A DNA stretch of 64,000 nucleotides, taken from the NCBI GenBank assembly GCA_951406725.2, contig OX597820.1:60264001-60328000 (forward strand). The letters run 5' to 3'. This document shows, in pieces, positions 23,940 through 36,784 of this stretch. Within the stretch, counting starts at the first letter, position 1, and each line of letters opens with the position of its first letter. A program made the position numbers and the translations under genes. The notes beneath the pieces are model-generated. The model saw nothing but the letters and a program-made list of their open reading frames with translations, made no database searches and was not told the origin of the DNA. This stretch comes from Octopus vulgaris. Lineage: Eukaryota.

Positions 23940-24672
23940 CCCTCCTGCGTTCAAATTATTCAGTCAAATGTAATGCTTATTTATTCAAATTGTTTTGAAT
24001 TAATTATGCATTATCTTGTAGCTTTGAAATTTTGACGATGTGATTGCTTATTTTTAGAATGAGATTATGGGGTAGGTGTAAGAAGCCAGATCTGACCAGT
24101 TTAGATGTAAAACAGGTAGAATATTTGAGCTGGATATCATCATCATCAACACTTACCATCAATTTTCCATGCTGGCGTGGGTTAGATGTTTGACTGGAAC
24201 TGGTAAGCCAGAGAGCTGTATGCCTTTCCTAATGCATGCCAACTACTTCAAGAGTTTAGCGGGTGCCTTTTACATGTCACCGTCATGGGTGACTTTTACG
24301 TGTGACCATCATTGGTGCCTTTTATGTGTCACCAGCACAATCCATAACTACATATTCACTTGGCCTGACGAGTTTCCTCAAGCACAGCAAACCACCAAAG
24401 GTCTCGATCATTTGTCATCACCTCCACAAGACCCAACATCTGAAGATCATACTTCACTACCTAGTCCCATGTCGTTACTGCTTCCACAGGTTCTCTCCAC
24501 AGTTAAGGACCAGCACTTCTTTACGCAGATGTTCTCGTCCATATACATCACATGACTACACCACTGCAGTCTTCTATCTTGCACATCACATCTGATGCTC
24601 TTATGCCTCTTGTGCCCAATTTTTCTCTCAAGATGCTTACACTTTGTCATGGCTGGCTTAAATGCAAAAGCG
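23940..24672. mobile_element. TTAA-flanked (piggyBac-like) MITE interrupted by a minus-strand RTE fragment at about 24138-24649
   Basis: TTAA-CCCTCCTGCGTTCAAA ... AAATGCAAAAGCG-TTAA. Related pieces at about 39570-39690, 54205-54300 and 54700-54995. Confidence 0.6.
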
Positions 24673-24692
24673 TTAAATGTTTACAAATTAAG

Positions 24693-25862
24693 ACAGTGGG
24701 GGTGGGTGCGCTGAAAGTGTAACTGCTAGAATAAGAATAGCCTGGGCAAAGTTTAGGGAGCTCTTACCTCTGCTGGTGACTAAAGGCCTCTCGCTCAGAG
24801 TAAAAGGCAGACTGTATGATGCATGTGTACGAACAGCTATGCTACATGGCAGTGAAACATGGGCCGTGACTGCTGAGGACATGCGTAAGCTCGTGAGGAA
24901 CGAAGCCAGTATGCTCCGATGGATGTGTAATGTCAGTGTACTTACTCGACAGAGCGTTAGTATCTTGAGAGAAATGTTATACCTAAGAAGCATCAGTTGT
25001 TGTGTGCAAGAGAGACGATTGCGCTGGTATGGTCATGTGGCGAGAATGGATGAAGATAGGTGTGTGAGAAAGTGCCAATCCCTAGCAGTTGAGGGAACCC
25101 GTGGAAGAGGTAGACCCAGGAAAACCTGGGACGAGGTGGTGAAGCACGACCATCGGACGTTAGGTCTCACCATGGAAATGACTAGAGACCGAGACCTATG
25201 GAAGTATGCTGTGCGTGAGAAGACCCGGCAAGACTAGTGAAGCCATAATCCGTGGCCCCTACCTGGGACGTAGTCAGTCCACCTGTGCATACCTTCCTTC
25301 TTGTGACACTTGTGAAGACCTGTTGAGGCAAGTGAGAATCGAATCGTATCGAATCAAATCGAACCAAATCAAAATAGATGAACATCAATGGAATTTGTAT
25401 CCTTGTGGTACCAGTGCCGGTGGCACATAAGAAAACCATCCGAACGTGACCGTAGCCAGTACCGCAATGACTGGCCTCCGTGCTGAGGGCATGTAACAAA
25501 CTCCATCCGAGCGTGACCGTCCGCCAGCCTCGTCTGGCACCTGTGTCGGTGACACATAAGAAAACACCATCAGAGCGTGGCCGTCTGCCAGCCTCGTCTG
25601 GCACCTGTGTCGGTGGCACATAAAAAACACCATCCGAGCGTGGCCGTCTGCCAGCCTCGTCTGGCACCTGTGTCGGTGGCACATAAAATCACCCACTACA
25701 CTCTCGGAGTGGTTGGCGTTAGGAAGGGCATCCAGCTGTAGAAACACTGCCACATCTGACTGGCCTGGTGCAGCCTTCGGGCTTCCCAGACCCCAGTTGA
25801 ACCGTCCAACCCATGCTAGCATGGAAAGCGGACGTTAAACGATGATGATGATGATGATGATG
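24693..25862 (+). mobile_element. 5'-truncated RTE-clade LINE: end of ORF (24776-25237), 3' UTR with tandem units and (GAT)n tail
   Basis: RIRIAWAKFREL, LYDACVRTAMLHGSETW, RRLRWYGHVARM, RGRGRPRKTW. Confidence 0.95.
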
Positions 25863-26797
25863 TATCAACACATCTCTACGCATTCTGGACCAAATTGTCA
25901 TCATCATCGTTTAACATCTTCCTTCCATACTGGCATGGTTTTACAGGAGCTGGCCAGGCAGGCACCTGCACCAAACTTCTGTGTCTGTTTTGGCATGTTT
26001 TTTTATGGCTGGATGCCCTTCCTAACACCAACCACTGTAGAAATGAATAAATAAAAGGCAGTCTATTTGACTGGTAATTATTCAAAAAGCAATTTGTCCT
26101 ACCTCCCCTCGACACACTATCAAGTTGTGGCCACTCCCTGCTTTTTCTGCAGTCACTATAACGCTCCATACTATATGTTATAACCGCTAACATTATAACT
26201 GCTTTTGAGTCCTGTAGTAAACTTTCTAAATTATTTTCTTTACAACTGTATATATTTTACTTGTTTCAGTTGTTAGACTGTGGCTATTCTGGGGCATCAC
26301 CTTGAAGAATTTTTAGACAAATAAAATGATAAAATGACCCCAGTACTTATGTGTGTGTGTGTGTGTATATGGAGCGTCACAAACTGGAACAGAGGAAATA
26401 CCTCATTATCATCTATTAAGAGAAATTATTATTATTTATATATATATATATATGGCAAATGAAAGCTGGAAAATGTAAATTGCCAGTGCTGCCTGACTGG
26501 CTCCCATGCCGGCGGCATGTAAAAAGCACCCACTACACTCTCAGAGTGGTTGGCATTAGGAAGGGCATCCAGCTGTAGAAACATTGCCAGATCAGATTGG
26601 AGCCTGGTGTGGCCTCATGGCTTGCCAGTCCCTAGTCAAACCATTCAACCCATGCCAGCATGGAAAATGAATGCTAAACGATGATGATGATATAAAATTT
26701 AAATATAGAAGTATTATTGCCGTTATTAATATTAATAAGGAAGTAATATTGTGGCTAGCAAGTTCACACCATTAAAGGCACAATATAAAGTAAATTA

Positions 26798-27079
26798 GAT
26801 ACAGTCCGGTATATAATACTACTTGCTAAAATCATAGCCAATGCTCCAAAAACCACAATAAACTGACGATAAAGATACACATGAGCAATGCAATGAACAT
26901 ATGAGAAATAGGCTTACCTTTGCGTTGAATACATCAGTAAGTAATGTATATTTCGATATCAATTGATTTCATGATTTGCATGACAAACATACTTGTGTAT
27001 ATCTTTATAGTGAGTTTATGGTGGTTTTTGGAGCATTGGCTCTGATTTTAGCAAGTGGTATTATACATCCTACTGGATC
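26798..27079. mobile_element. MITE-like inverted-repeat element
   Basis: About 80-bp imperfect arms (tataatactacttgctaaaatcatagccaatgctccaaaaacc / ggtttttggagcattggctctgattttagcaagtggtattata) around a spacer of about 115 bp. Confidence 0.75.
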
Positions 27080-27312
27080 AATATATTATACAAATATATA
27101 TATTCTTTTATTTTACTTGTTTCAGTCATTTGACTGCAGTCAAGTTTAAGTTGAACAAATTGACCCTACCAGGACTTTTTTCAAGCTTTGTACTTATTCT
27201 ACCAGTCTCTTTTGCCAAACTGCTAAGTTACAGGGATGTAAACACACCAGCATGGGTTGTCAAGCAGTAGTGAGTGACAGACACATATAGAAAGACCCAC
27301 ACACATATTTTA

Positions 27313-27348
<36 letters not shown>

Positions 27349-27365
27349 ATATATATATATATATA

Positions 27366-27396
<31 letters not shown>

Positions 27397-27397
<1 letters not shown>

Positions 27398-28188
27398 GTA
27401 AGGAAAAATTTTTTTTTTTTTTTTTTTTAAAATCAGAATGCTCAAATGAAAGAAAAATTTTAATAAAATGAGAAAATGATAAAATATATAAATATATATA
27501 TTTATTCAACGTTTTCTCAATGTATGATTGTCAAGAATATTTATGTTTAAAGTTTTTAAAATTAGAAAGGAAAAAGAAAATTGCAATGTTTTGTAAAAGA
27601 ATAATGATAAAATGTACAAAAATTAAAAATAAGTTCTCCGATACATGAGTTGGTGTATCTTGAGTTTTATGGTTGTTTACCAAATACCTTGAGGTGTTAT
27701 ATTAAGAGCATGATGTCAGCATGTTGCAGGACAGGAAGTAGTAGTAATTGTGGTCCTGGTTGTCTCCCTTACTCACAACACAGGAACTGAAGAACCAGGA
27801 CCACAATTACTACTACTTCCTGTCCTGCAACATGCTGAATTTAACAACACAACACATACATGCTCTTAATCCCTTTGGATCAACACCTCAAGGTAATTTT
27901 TGGTAAACAACCATAAACTCAAGATACACAACGAACTCACAATGTATCGGAGAACTTATTTTTAATTTTTGTACATTTTTATCATTATTCTTTTACAAAA
28001 ACATTGCAATTTTCTTTTTTCCCTTTCTAATTTTTAAAAAACTTCTAAAACATAAATATTCTTGACAAGTCATACATTGTTGAATAAATATATATATTTA
28101 TATATTTTATCATTTTCTCATTTTATTAAAATTTTTCTTTCATTTGAGCATTCTATTTAAAAAAAAAAAAAAAAAAATTTTCCTTACT
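27397..28188. repeat. Long fold-back inverted repeat (arms 365 and 396 bp, 31-nt spacer) inside a split SINE B
   Basis: 27397-27761 is the reverse complement of 27793-28188, apart from mostly indels. Confidence 0.95.
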
Positions 28189-29124
28189 TATCATTTCTCC
28201 ACGTGCGGTCAACACAACCCCACCATTTATTATATATATATATATATATACATTGGGTTTCTTTAAGATTCCGTCTACCAAATTCACTCACAAGGCTTTG
28301 GTCATCATGGGGCTATAGTAGAAGACATTTGCCTAGAGTGCCATGCAGTGGGACTGAAATTGGAACCATGTGATTGGGAAGCAAGTTTCTTGCTACACAA
28401 CCATACCTGTGCCCGTTATACACAGCTTTTATGAAACCAACATTATATACAAATCTTACAATGAATTATTGTGGAATTTTTTTCTAAAGTGTAATCACCG
28501 AAGTACTTACAAGTGTCAAATGTCTCTCAGTTTCAAATATTTTTCAGACCACAAGAATTTTATTACCGTCAAGTGGCTTTTATGAAAACTGTTACTTTTC
28601 AGAAGTTTAATTAGATGTTTGCCAAGCATTTGTTGCTATGATACTGTCATTGCTACAGTAATAAATTGAAATACAATTTTATTTTCAAATTCAGATCAAC
28701 TGATGCCGGTGTCACATAACTGGCACCTGTGCTGGCGGCACGAAGAAAGCACCCATTACACTCTTGGAGTGGTTGGCATTAGGAAGGGCATCCAGCCATA
28801 GAAACCATGCGAAATCAGATTGGTGCAGCTCCCCAGCTTATCAGTTTCATTCAAACTGTCTAACCCATGTCAGCAAGGAAAGTAGATGTTAAATGATGAT
28901 GATGATGATGATGATTTAACATAAATAAAATTCTTATGTATACTTATTTATACACAAAGAATTAGAACATATAAGGTTATGATTACACAATAAACATAAT
29001 ATTTAAAAAATTGCTTTCATTTTCCCTAACCTTGTTATTTACTCATCAAAAGGCAACAATCTGGTAGAATTGTTAGCATGCTGAGGAAAATGCTTAGCGG
29101 CATTATGTCTGTTTTTACATTCAT

Positions 29125-29370
29125 ATTTAAGAAAAAGTGGAAGTGGATTGGTAGCACAATTAGAAAAGATACACCAAATGTAGCACAAAGTGCTTTACAG
29201 TGGAAACCGGATGGATACAGAAGGAGAGGTAAGCCTAAGAATTCATGGCGGAGATCAACACAAAAGGAACTAGAGAAAAGGGGACATTCATGGCAGAGTA
29301 CAGAAGCCAAAACTTATGCGACATGGAATTCAACTGTAAGTGGCCTATACTCTGCGTTGGAGGGTTAAAG
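29125..29370 (+). mobile_element. 3' fragment of an RTE-type LINE inserted into a family C SINE
   Basis: KKKWKWIGSTIRK...ALQWKPDGYRRRGKPKNSWRR. SINE head at about 29051-29120, resuming at about 29389. Confidence 0.8.
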
Positions 29371-29593
29371 GCATAAAGAAAAAGAAAGAGTTCAAATTCC
29401 ACAGAGGTCGGCTTTGCCTTTCATCCTTTAGGAGTCAATAAAATAAGTACCAGTTGAGCACTGGTAATCAACTTAGCCTGTGCCCCGAAACTGCTGGCCT
29501 TGTGCCAAAATTTGAGGTCAATATTTACTCATAGAAGTATATTTAAAATGAAAATGAAAAAAAAAAAAAGAAGTGTTTTAAATCATCACTTAC

Positions 29594-29693
29594 CGGGCCT
29601 GTGCAGGGATAACATTGTAGATACGATATCTTGAACCTTCTGACAAGATGTTAATGAGTTCTTCTGTTGGTTTCCATATAGTCAATAGTGTAG
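29594..29693 (-). CDS. BRCA2: BRCA2 exon, OB2 (5' part of human exon 23 equivalent)
   Basis: tttag|CT...CG|gtaagt, 100 nt, phase 1/2. TLLTIWKPTEELINILSEGSRYRIYNVIPAQA resembles human [32 protein letters not shown]. Confidence 0.94.
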
Positions 29694-30961
29694 CTAAATA
29701 AGCAATTATGACAGGTAACAATGTTTGCTGATGTCATGTGTAATACGATACACTTAAATTAATAATAATGAGAACTACACCTTGCATATCAACCTCTACC
29801 TTACGCATGATCTTACCTGATGATCTATCTGCCATCGTTCCTTAGCCACTGTTATCTATCTCAACTTATACCTTTCCACAGATATTTTCCTACCACTGTA
29901 CCTCCACGCTTGAAAATCATTCAATACATCTGCCCCTGCACCCCACTCTGTAACCTTATGTTATTCTCCCTTCACATTTTTATGAAACTATCCACTTTTC
30001 CCTTTCCTCCCCCAACAATCTGATCCCCTGACTGTTTCCTCTCTTATGCTTACCTTTTTTGAAAGTTTGCTCTGGCACACCATTACCACCATCTTCCTTC
30101 TTTATCATTGTCTTCTCTATTATTACTACCTATCCTTGAATAGTCACGTGTCTCCTCTATAGTAAGAAACCTGTTCTTGTCCCTCTATCATACTTTAGCC
30201 TTTCAGTACCTAGCATAAAGCCACCTCCCACTTTCTAAAACCATCACAGTATACACTGAAAGGTGGATGACATTAGGAAAGGCATCCAGCTGTAGAAAAC
30301 ATGCAAAAACTTACAATGAAGCTTGGTGCTGTCCATTGGGTTGCCAGACCCAATGTTAACCATTCAACTCATTCCAGCATGGAAAATGGATGTTAAATGA
30401 TGATGATGATGATGATGACAATGATAATGACAGTGATGATGATGATGAAATGAAGAAAATTTTGACCCTAAGCCTAATAGTTATAGAATATGGAACCAAG
30501 ATTTTATAATGGTTGTGGGGCTCACAAGTTCACTTCCCAACCATGTGGTTTCAAGTTCAGTCCAACTGCGCAGCACCTAGGGCCAGCATCTACTAGACCT
30601 AGGCCAAAGAAAACCTTGTGAGTGGATTTGATAGATGAAAACTGAAAGGAGACCCTCATAATCATCATCAATTAATGCCTGTTTTCATGCTGGCATGGCT
30701 TGGACAGTTTGATAGAATATGGCAAAGTGCAGGGCCATGTCAAGCTCCAATGTTAGCTTCGGCATGGTTTCTATGGCTAGATACCCTTCCAAATGCCAAC
30801 CACATACATATATATGTACTTATAGCACGTGCATGTACACTACTAATTGTAATCAAACATCTCTATCCTACAAATGATGTTGTTCATTAGCAATCCGTGA
30901 AAACATGTCCAGCCATTGCACTGTATGTGCTCGAAGGACCGTTAGAAATATCTTGCTTTAA

Positions 30962-31192
30962 GGTGGCGAGCTGGCAGAAACGTTAGCACACCGGGCGAAA
31001 TGCGTAGCCGTATTTTGTCTGCCGTTACGTTGTGAGTTCAAATTCCGCCGAGGTCGACTTTGCCTTTCATCCTTTCGGGCTCGATAAATTAAGTACCAGT
31101 TAAGCACTGGGGTCGATATAATCGACTGAATCCCTTTGTCTGTCCTTGTTTGTCCCCTCTATGTTTAGCCCCTTGTGGGCAATAAAGAAATA
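30962..31192 (+). mobile_element. SINE family C with TSD
   Basis: agaaatatcttgctt at 30944-30958 and 31193-31207. Confidence 0.9.
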
Positions 31193-31429
31193 AGAAATAT
31201 CTTGCTTAGAAACAGGTGAGGGTTGGTCATAGAAAAGCAGCTTAACCATAGAAAATCTGTTTTGAATCTTCAATGGATCTGTGAAAGCAGGGAAAAGTAA
31301 AATAATGATGATGAGGATAGAGATTCAAATAAAATGCTTTTGGTATTTAGCTATGAACCTATACATTCTGATTTTAGATCCTGTTGAAGTTAACTTTGCT
31401 TTTCATTTTACTGGAGTCAGTAAGATCAA

Positions 31430-32720
31430 CTGACAGCAATATATTTGACCATGCCTGGCATATGAATCTTCTAGCAAAACTTTCTCTTGTGGGCTCCATA
31501 TTTTACTTGTGATGAACCGACAGGGGTCTCTCTGATTCACACTCTAAAATCTCTAAGATTCAATATTGTCCAGTATACTCTTCTTTGTATATGTCAAAAA
31601 CCTATTTGATATCACACAATGTCCACTCTTATACAAATGGTACCAATCTTCATTCGTCCCTGAGTTGCATCTAAGCATTACCCATATGCAGCCTTAACAC
31701 CTTACAGTGAACCTGTACAAATCTATGAGTAGAGAATTCACAAACATTCTCAAATGGGGTCATGCCAGTTTTGTTCCATTCAAAAGCACAAAGACACAAT
31801 AATTGTACTTATTAAAGGTCAATATCATATCCCTTGATACATCACCTAAAGCACAAACAATATGCAACTTGAACCCTCAAAGTAACTACAAATGCCAGAC
31901 TTTGTCATTGTTGAGAATTTTCCCAAATAAATGCACATCCTCAATATACTTTTTTTACTTGTTTCAGTCATTTGACTGCAGCGATGCTGGAGCACCGTCT
32001 TTAGTCAAGCAAATCGACCCCAGGACTTATTCTTTGTAAGCCTAGTACTTATGCTATTCGCTCTCTTTTGCCGAACCGCTAAGTTACGAGGGCGTAAACA
32101 CACCAGCATCGGTTGTCAAGCTATGTTGGGGGGGAGGGGGGGGAAAACACAGATACACAAACATACACACATATGACGGGCTTCTTTCAGTTTCCGTCTA
32201 CCAAATCCACTCACAAGGCTTTGGTCGGTCTGAGGTTATAGTAGAAGACACTTTCCCAAGGTGCCACGCAGTGGGACTGAACCTGGAACCATGTGGTTGG
32301 TAAGCAAGCTACTTACCACACGGCCACTCATGCGTCTATAGTGAGAGAAAAAAAGAAACTGCATCAAAAAGACTGGCATTCTTCTTCAGACTAAGAAAAT
32401 TCTTCAGTTCCTAACAATGGTAAGCAATCCACAAAAGTCAAGTGAGACCTACACTGAACTACACATACAGCCAACCAAGAAAAATGCAACCAGACTAATT
32501 GGTATGAAGCCATACACCTCTGCCTTTCTACCACTATGACAGTGAACTCTGCTCTTGGAGTTGGTTGGTTTTGTGCTCCTTTCATTCAGATATTCTGGAC
32601 TTCATTTGCTGCTCTTCTTATCACCCACATTGTTTCCACCCTCCAAGGCTTTAGCCACTATGTCAATTTATTCTTCCCTGAACATTGGAATTCCATTCCA
32701 GTTGATGTATTATCTGAGCC
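31430..32720 (+). mobile_element. Highly degenerate CR1-like RT remnant, interrupted by SINE B (31951-32336, minus)
   Basis: FDHAWH, NILKWGHASFVPFKSTKTQ and HWNSIPVDV resemble FDRVWH, WG..NLV.FN.SKTQ and LWNSLP. Confidence 0.5.
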
Positions 32721-32804
32721 AATCTGAGTGGTTTATTGAGCCTATGAAGACAATGGGAAAATACCCTTTCTCTAGACTAAAACAAGATATATATATATAT
32801 GTAA

Positions 32805-32882
<78 letters not shown>

Positions 32883-33547
32883 ATAATAAGAAAAAAGTCA
32901 TTAAAAAGTCTAGGTAGATATTGATAAAGCATTCAGTTTTAAATGAATTTGGTTAACTATATCAATCAGACACCAATAAACACAAGTAGAATACACATCC
33001 AAGGTAATTCCTCATGTATGACATGAGGAACCGAATATCATTTAGAAAAATTTCAAGGAATTCAGAGTTTTAGAAAACAAAAATATGGATAGAGAAAATT
33101 ACATCTTTAATTGTTGAATTTACCATACAAAGCTGACGATTGTTTCTGCTGATATCAACAAATTTAGATACAGGAAATATCATTCAAATTAATAAATCTG
33201 AAAATACTTGTTAACACAACGTTTCCGAGGTGATCCAAAATTAGTTGAATTCAAAGTGAACTAAGAAAATATTTCAAATATACGAACGCATACAGAAAGA
33301 AAGTTAAAAAGAAATATAATCTAAGTAAAGCTATTTTGTACCTACTGCTAATTAGATAAAATTAATGTGTGTGTGTGTGTGTATAACTAGTCAAGAATTG
33401 GGGTTAATTTAACATTCCTATAATGTAACTTAGATGTGAGTGGAATCCTAATAAAATATTTAGTACATAGACTACAACATATAGAAGTTACTTCGATTAG
33501 ATTGAATACTTAGATCTACACTAAAATAAATGAGAAATAAGTCTTAC

Positions 33548-33629
33548 TGGCAAGTGGTTCTCGATCTTGTTCACTGCAGCCCACCAGTCTCGCTTTTAAA
33601 ACAGCAACAACATTGCGTTTTGGATTCTT
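33548..33629 (-). CDS. BRCA2: BRCA2 exon, OB2 (3' part of human exon 22 equivalent)
   Basis: catag|AAG...GCC A|gtaaga, 82 nt, phase 0/1. KNPKRNVVAVLKARLVGCSEQDREPLA resembles human [22 protein letters not shown]. Confidence 0.9.
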
Positions 33630-33740
33630 CTATGACAGAAAAAATATTTGAATAAAATTTTAAAAATGAACTTCATAAAATGACAAGATTTTAAATGATA
33701 GCAATGTTGAAAAAGGAACTAAAAAAAAAAAAGAACTTGC

Positions 33741-33857
33741 CTCATTTTCATCTGAAAGAGCTTTCTGTAATTCATCTTGAATTTTCTGATTTCTTAAATT
33801 TTGGACTTCTTGCTGATAATTGGCTAACAGTGTTCTTTGATGTTCGGTAAGATATTC
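33741..33857 (-). CDS. BRCA2: BRCA2 exon, tower helix (5' part of human exon 22 equivalent), GC donor
   Basis: ccaag|GAA...GAG|gcaagt, 117 nt, phase 0/0. EYLTEHQRTLLANYQQEVQNLRNQKIQDELQKALSDENE resembles human [38 protein letters not shown]. Confidence 0.9.
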
Positions 33858-34235
33858 CTTGGAAGGAAGGAAAGAAAGAAAAAATTCAAATAGAGCTATT
33901 ATGCAAAAAAAAAAAAGAGCAAACATGAAATGAAATATATATACACAGAAACTGTGGAAGCCCTTTGTATGTATATATATGTGGGTGTGTGTTTTAGGGT
34001 CTGTCCTCACACCAACACTTTACAAACTATGTTGGTTGGTTCACATTCCTGTAACTTAATGGTTTATCAAAAAAGACAAAAGAACAAATAGACTTTAAAA
34101 AAATATTATGATTAATTTGTTTGACTAGACCTTTCAAGGCAGTGCTCCAGCTCGGCTGCAGTCCAACAACAAACAAATAAAAGGTAAATGGTAACCTCTT
34201 TTTACCCTCATCTTTCCCTTTATATCATCACTATA

Positions 34236-34606
34236 GGCACAGGAGAGGCTGCGTGGTAAGTAGCTTGCTTATCAACCACATGGTTCCGGGTTCAGTCCCA
34301 CTGCGTGGCATCTTGGGCAAGTGTCTTCTACTATAACTTCGGATCGACCAAAGCCTTGTGAGTGGATTTGGTAGACGGAAACTGAAAGAAGCCTGTCGTA
34401 TATATATGTGTGTGTGTGTTTGTCCCCCCAACATTGCTTGACAACCGATGCTGGTGTGTTTACATCCCTGTAACTTAGCAGCTCGGCAAAAGAGACCGAT
34501 AGAATAAGTACTAGGCTTACAAAGAATAAGTCCTGGGATCGATTTGTTCGAATAAAAGCAGTACTCCAGCATGGCTGCAGTCAAAATGACTGAAACAAGT
34601 AAAAGA
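34236..34606 (+). mobile_element. SINE family B, full length
   Basis: tRNA-like head (B box gggttcagtccc), central (TA)/(TG) tract, tail actgaaacaagtaaaaga. Confidence 0.9.
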
Positions 34607-35504
34607 GAGAGAGAGAGAGAGAGTAAGAGTATAGAAAGCTTTTTTCAGAGGGAGACTTATTAAATACAGTGATGCGTAATTTTACTGAACAGATTGGCTT
34701 TAATAGATTAATACCTTTGACACTCAACCTGCTTGAGATTCCCTGATTTTATGATACAAAACTCCTTGTTTAATGTTCATATTTAAAAAAAAAACTTTCC
34801 ACTGTTCTTTTATGTAAGATCTGTTTCCTAAACATCAAATTAACAATGACAAAGTTATTTTACTACATCACTCAAATTTCTTGATTATTTTCAAACTGAG
34901 ATAGGTATAGGCATCAATGTGTGGTTAATAAGTTTCCTTCACAACCATGTGGTCGTGGGTTCAGACCCACTACATGGCACCTTGGGCAAGTGATTCTACC
35001 ATACCCCCAGATATGTGTATGTGTGTGTGAGCATACACATGTATTTGCGTGTACCCTTGTCTTGACATCATGTGATGGCTGTAAATGAGCAGGACTACCA
35101 TACAAGCAATGTGGTTCATTTTCAGTCACACATGGAAAATATGTCACACCATGAGTAAAATATTATCTTAGTGGGTGACAGAAAGGGCTGTAGAAAATCT
35201 GCCTCAACAAATTCTGTCTGACTTAGTCAAATATAGTAAAATGTATTTTAAATGATAATAATGATGATGACAACAACATCAACACAGAATTATTTGAAAT
35301 ACATAAGCGGGAATACAATTTAAGTTATTAGCACAATAATATCATTATGTTTCTAAATTACAGTGAACAATTTTGTATTGTACAAACCAACAAGGGAGCA
35401 ACAAAAGGTTTGCTTGATCTGCTAGAAATAGCAACCAAATTTCTCTCAAAACACAACTTACCTTGTTAAAAGATAAAAAAATGTATTTGGATATGTCCTG
35501 GATA

Positions 35505-36345
35505 CATCATCAATCATTGTTTAATGTCCGTTTTCCATGCTGGCATGGGTTGCACGGTTTGACTAAGGTCTGGTAAAGCCAGCAGCTGCACCAGGCTCCA
35601 ATCTGATCTGGCAATGTTTCTACAGTTGGATGCCCTTCCTAATGCCAACCACTCTGAGAGTGTAGTGGGTGCTTTTTACATGCCACCGCGGCACAGGGGC
35701 CAGTCAGGCAGCCCTGGCATCGATCATGTTCAGATGGTGCTTTTTATGTGCCACCAATATGGGAGCCAGTCAAATGGCACTGACATCAACCATGTTTAGA
35801 TGGTGCATTTTACGTGTCACCAGCATGGGAGCCAGTCGGAGGCACTGGCATCGACCATGTTTAGATGGTGCATTTTATGTACCACTGGTACAGAAGCAAG
35901 TCAGATGGCACTGACCACAGCTATGATTTTGGTTTTACTTAACTCAACAAGTCTTCTTAAGCATATCATATCGCACGGTGCATTAAAGGTACTTTTAAAA
36001 TGGGCCGGACATGCAAAACTAGCATTGGCCATGGCTGCGATCTCACTTTAGTTGCTGGGTCTTCTCAATCACAGCATATCTCCAAAGGTTTCGGTTTCCT
36101 GTCATTGCCTCCATGAGGCCCAACATTCAAAGGTCATGCTTCACTACCTCATCCCATGTCTTCCTGGGTCTACCTCTTGCACACCACATTTGATGCTTCT
36201 TATGTCCAACTTTTCTCTCAGAGCGCTCACACTTTGTTCAGTATACACACTGACATTACACATTCAGTGGATCATACTAGCTTTACTTCTTTCAAGCCTA
36301 TACATGTCCTCAGCTGTCATGGCCCATATTTCACTGCCGTGTAGC
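35505..36345 (-). mobile_element. RTE LINE 3' part (ORF end plus UTR), degenerate
   Basis: Reverse complement of 24840-25860, with deletions. Confidence 0.85.
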
Positions 36346-36352
36346 ATATATA

Positions 36353-36573
36353 CTCTTTTTTACTCTTTTACCTGTTTCAGTCATTTGACTGTGGCCATGC
36401 TGGAGCACCGCCTTTAATTGAGCAACTCGACCCCGGGACTTATTCTTTTGTAAGCCCAGTACTTATTCTATTGGTCTCTTTTGCTGAACCGCTAAGTAAC
36501 GGGGACATAAACACACCAGCATCGGTTGTCAAGCAATGCTAGGGGGACAAACACAGACACATAAACACACACA

Positions 36574-36619
<46 letters not shown>

Positions 36620-36784
36620 TACAACGGGCTTCTTTTAGTTTCTGTCTACCAAATCCACTCACAAGGCTTTGGTCGGCCCAAGGCTATAGTAGAAGACACT
36701 TGCCCAAGGTGCCATGCAGTGGGACTGAACCCGGAACCATGTGGTTGGTTAGCAAGCTACTTACCACACAGCCACTCCTGCACC
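36353..36784 (-). mobile_element. SINE family B
   Basis: Full-length match to family B. Confidence 0.88.

Noticed and set aside
25405-25700. Repeat-spacer look of the ~60-bp units (CRISPR-like)
   Set aside because: The variable segments are homologous to each other, the array lies in a LINE 3' UTR, the DNA is eukaryotic and there are no cas genes.
33660-34010. 116-aa ORF as a stand-alone gene
   Set aside because: Only 33741-33857 is BRCA2-like; the rest is intron read-through.
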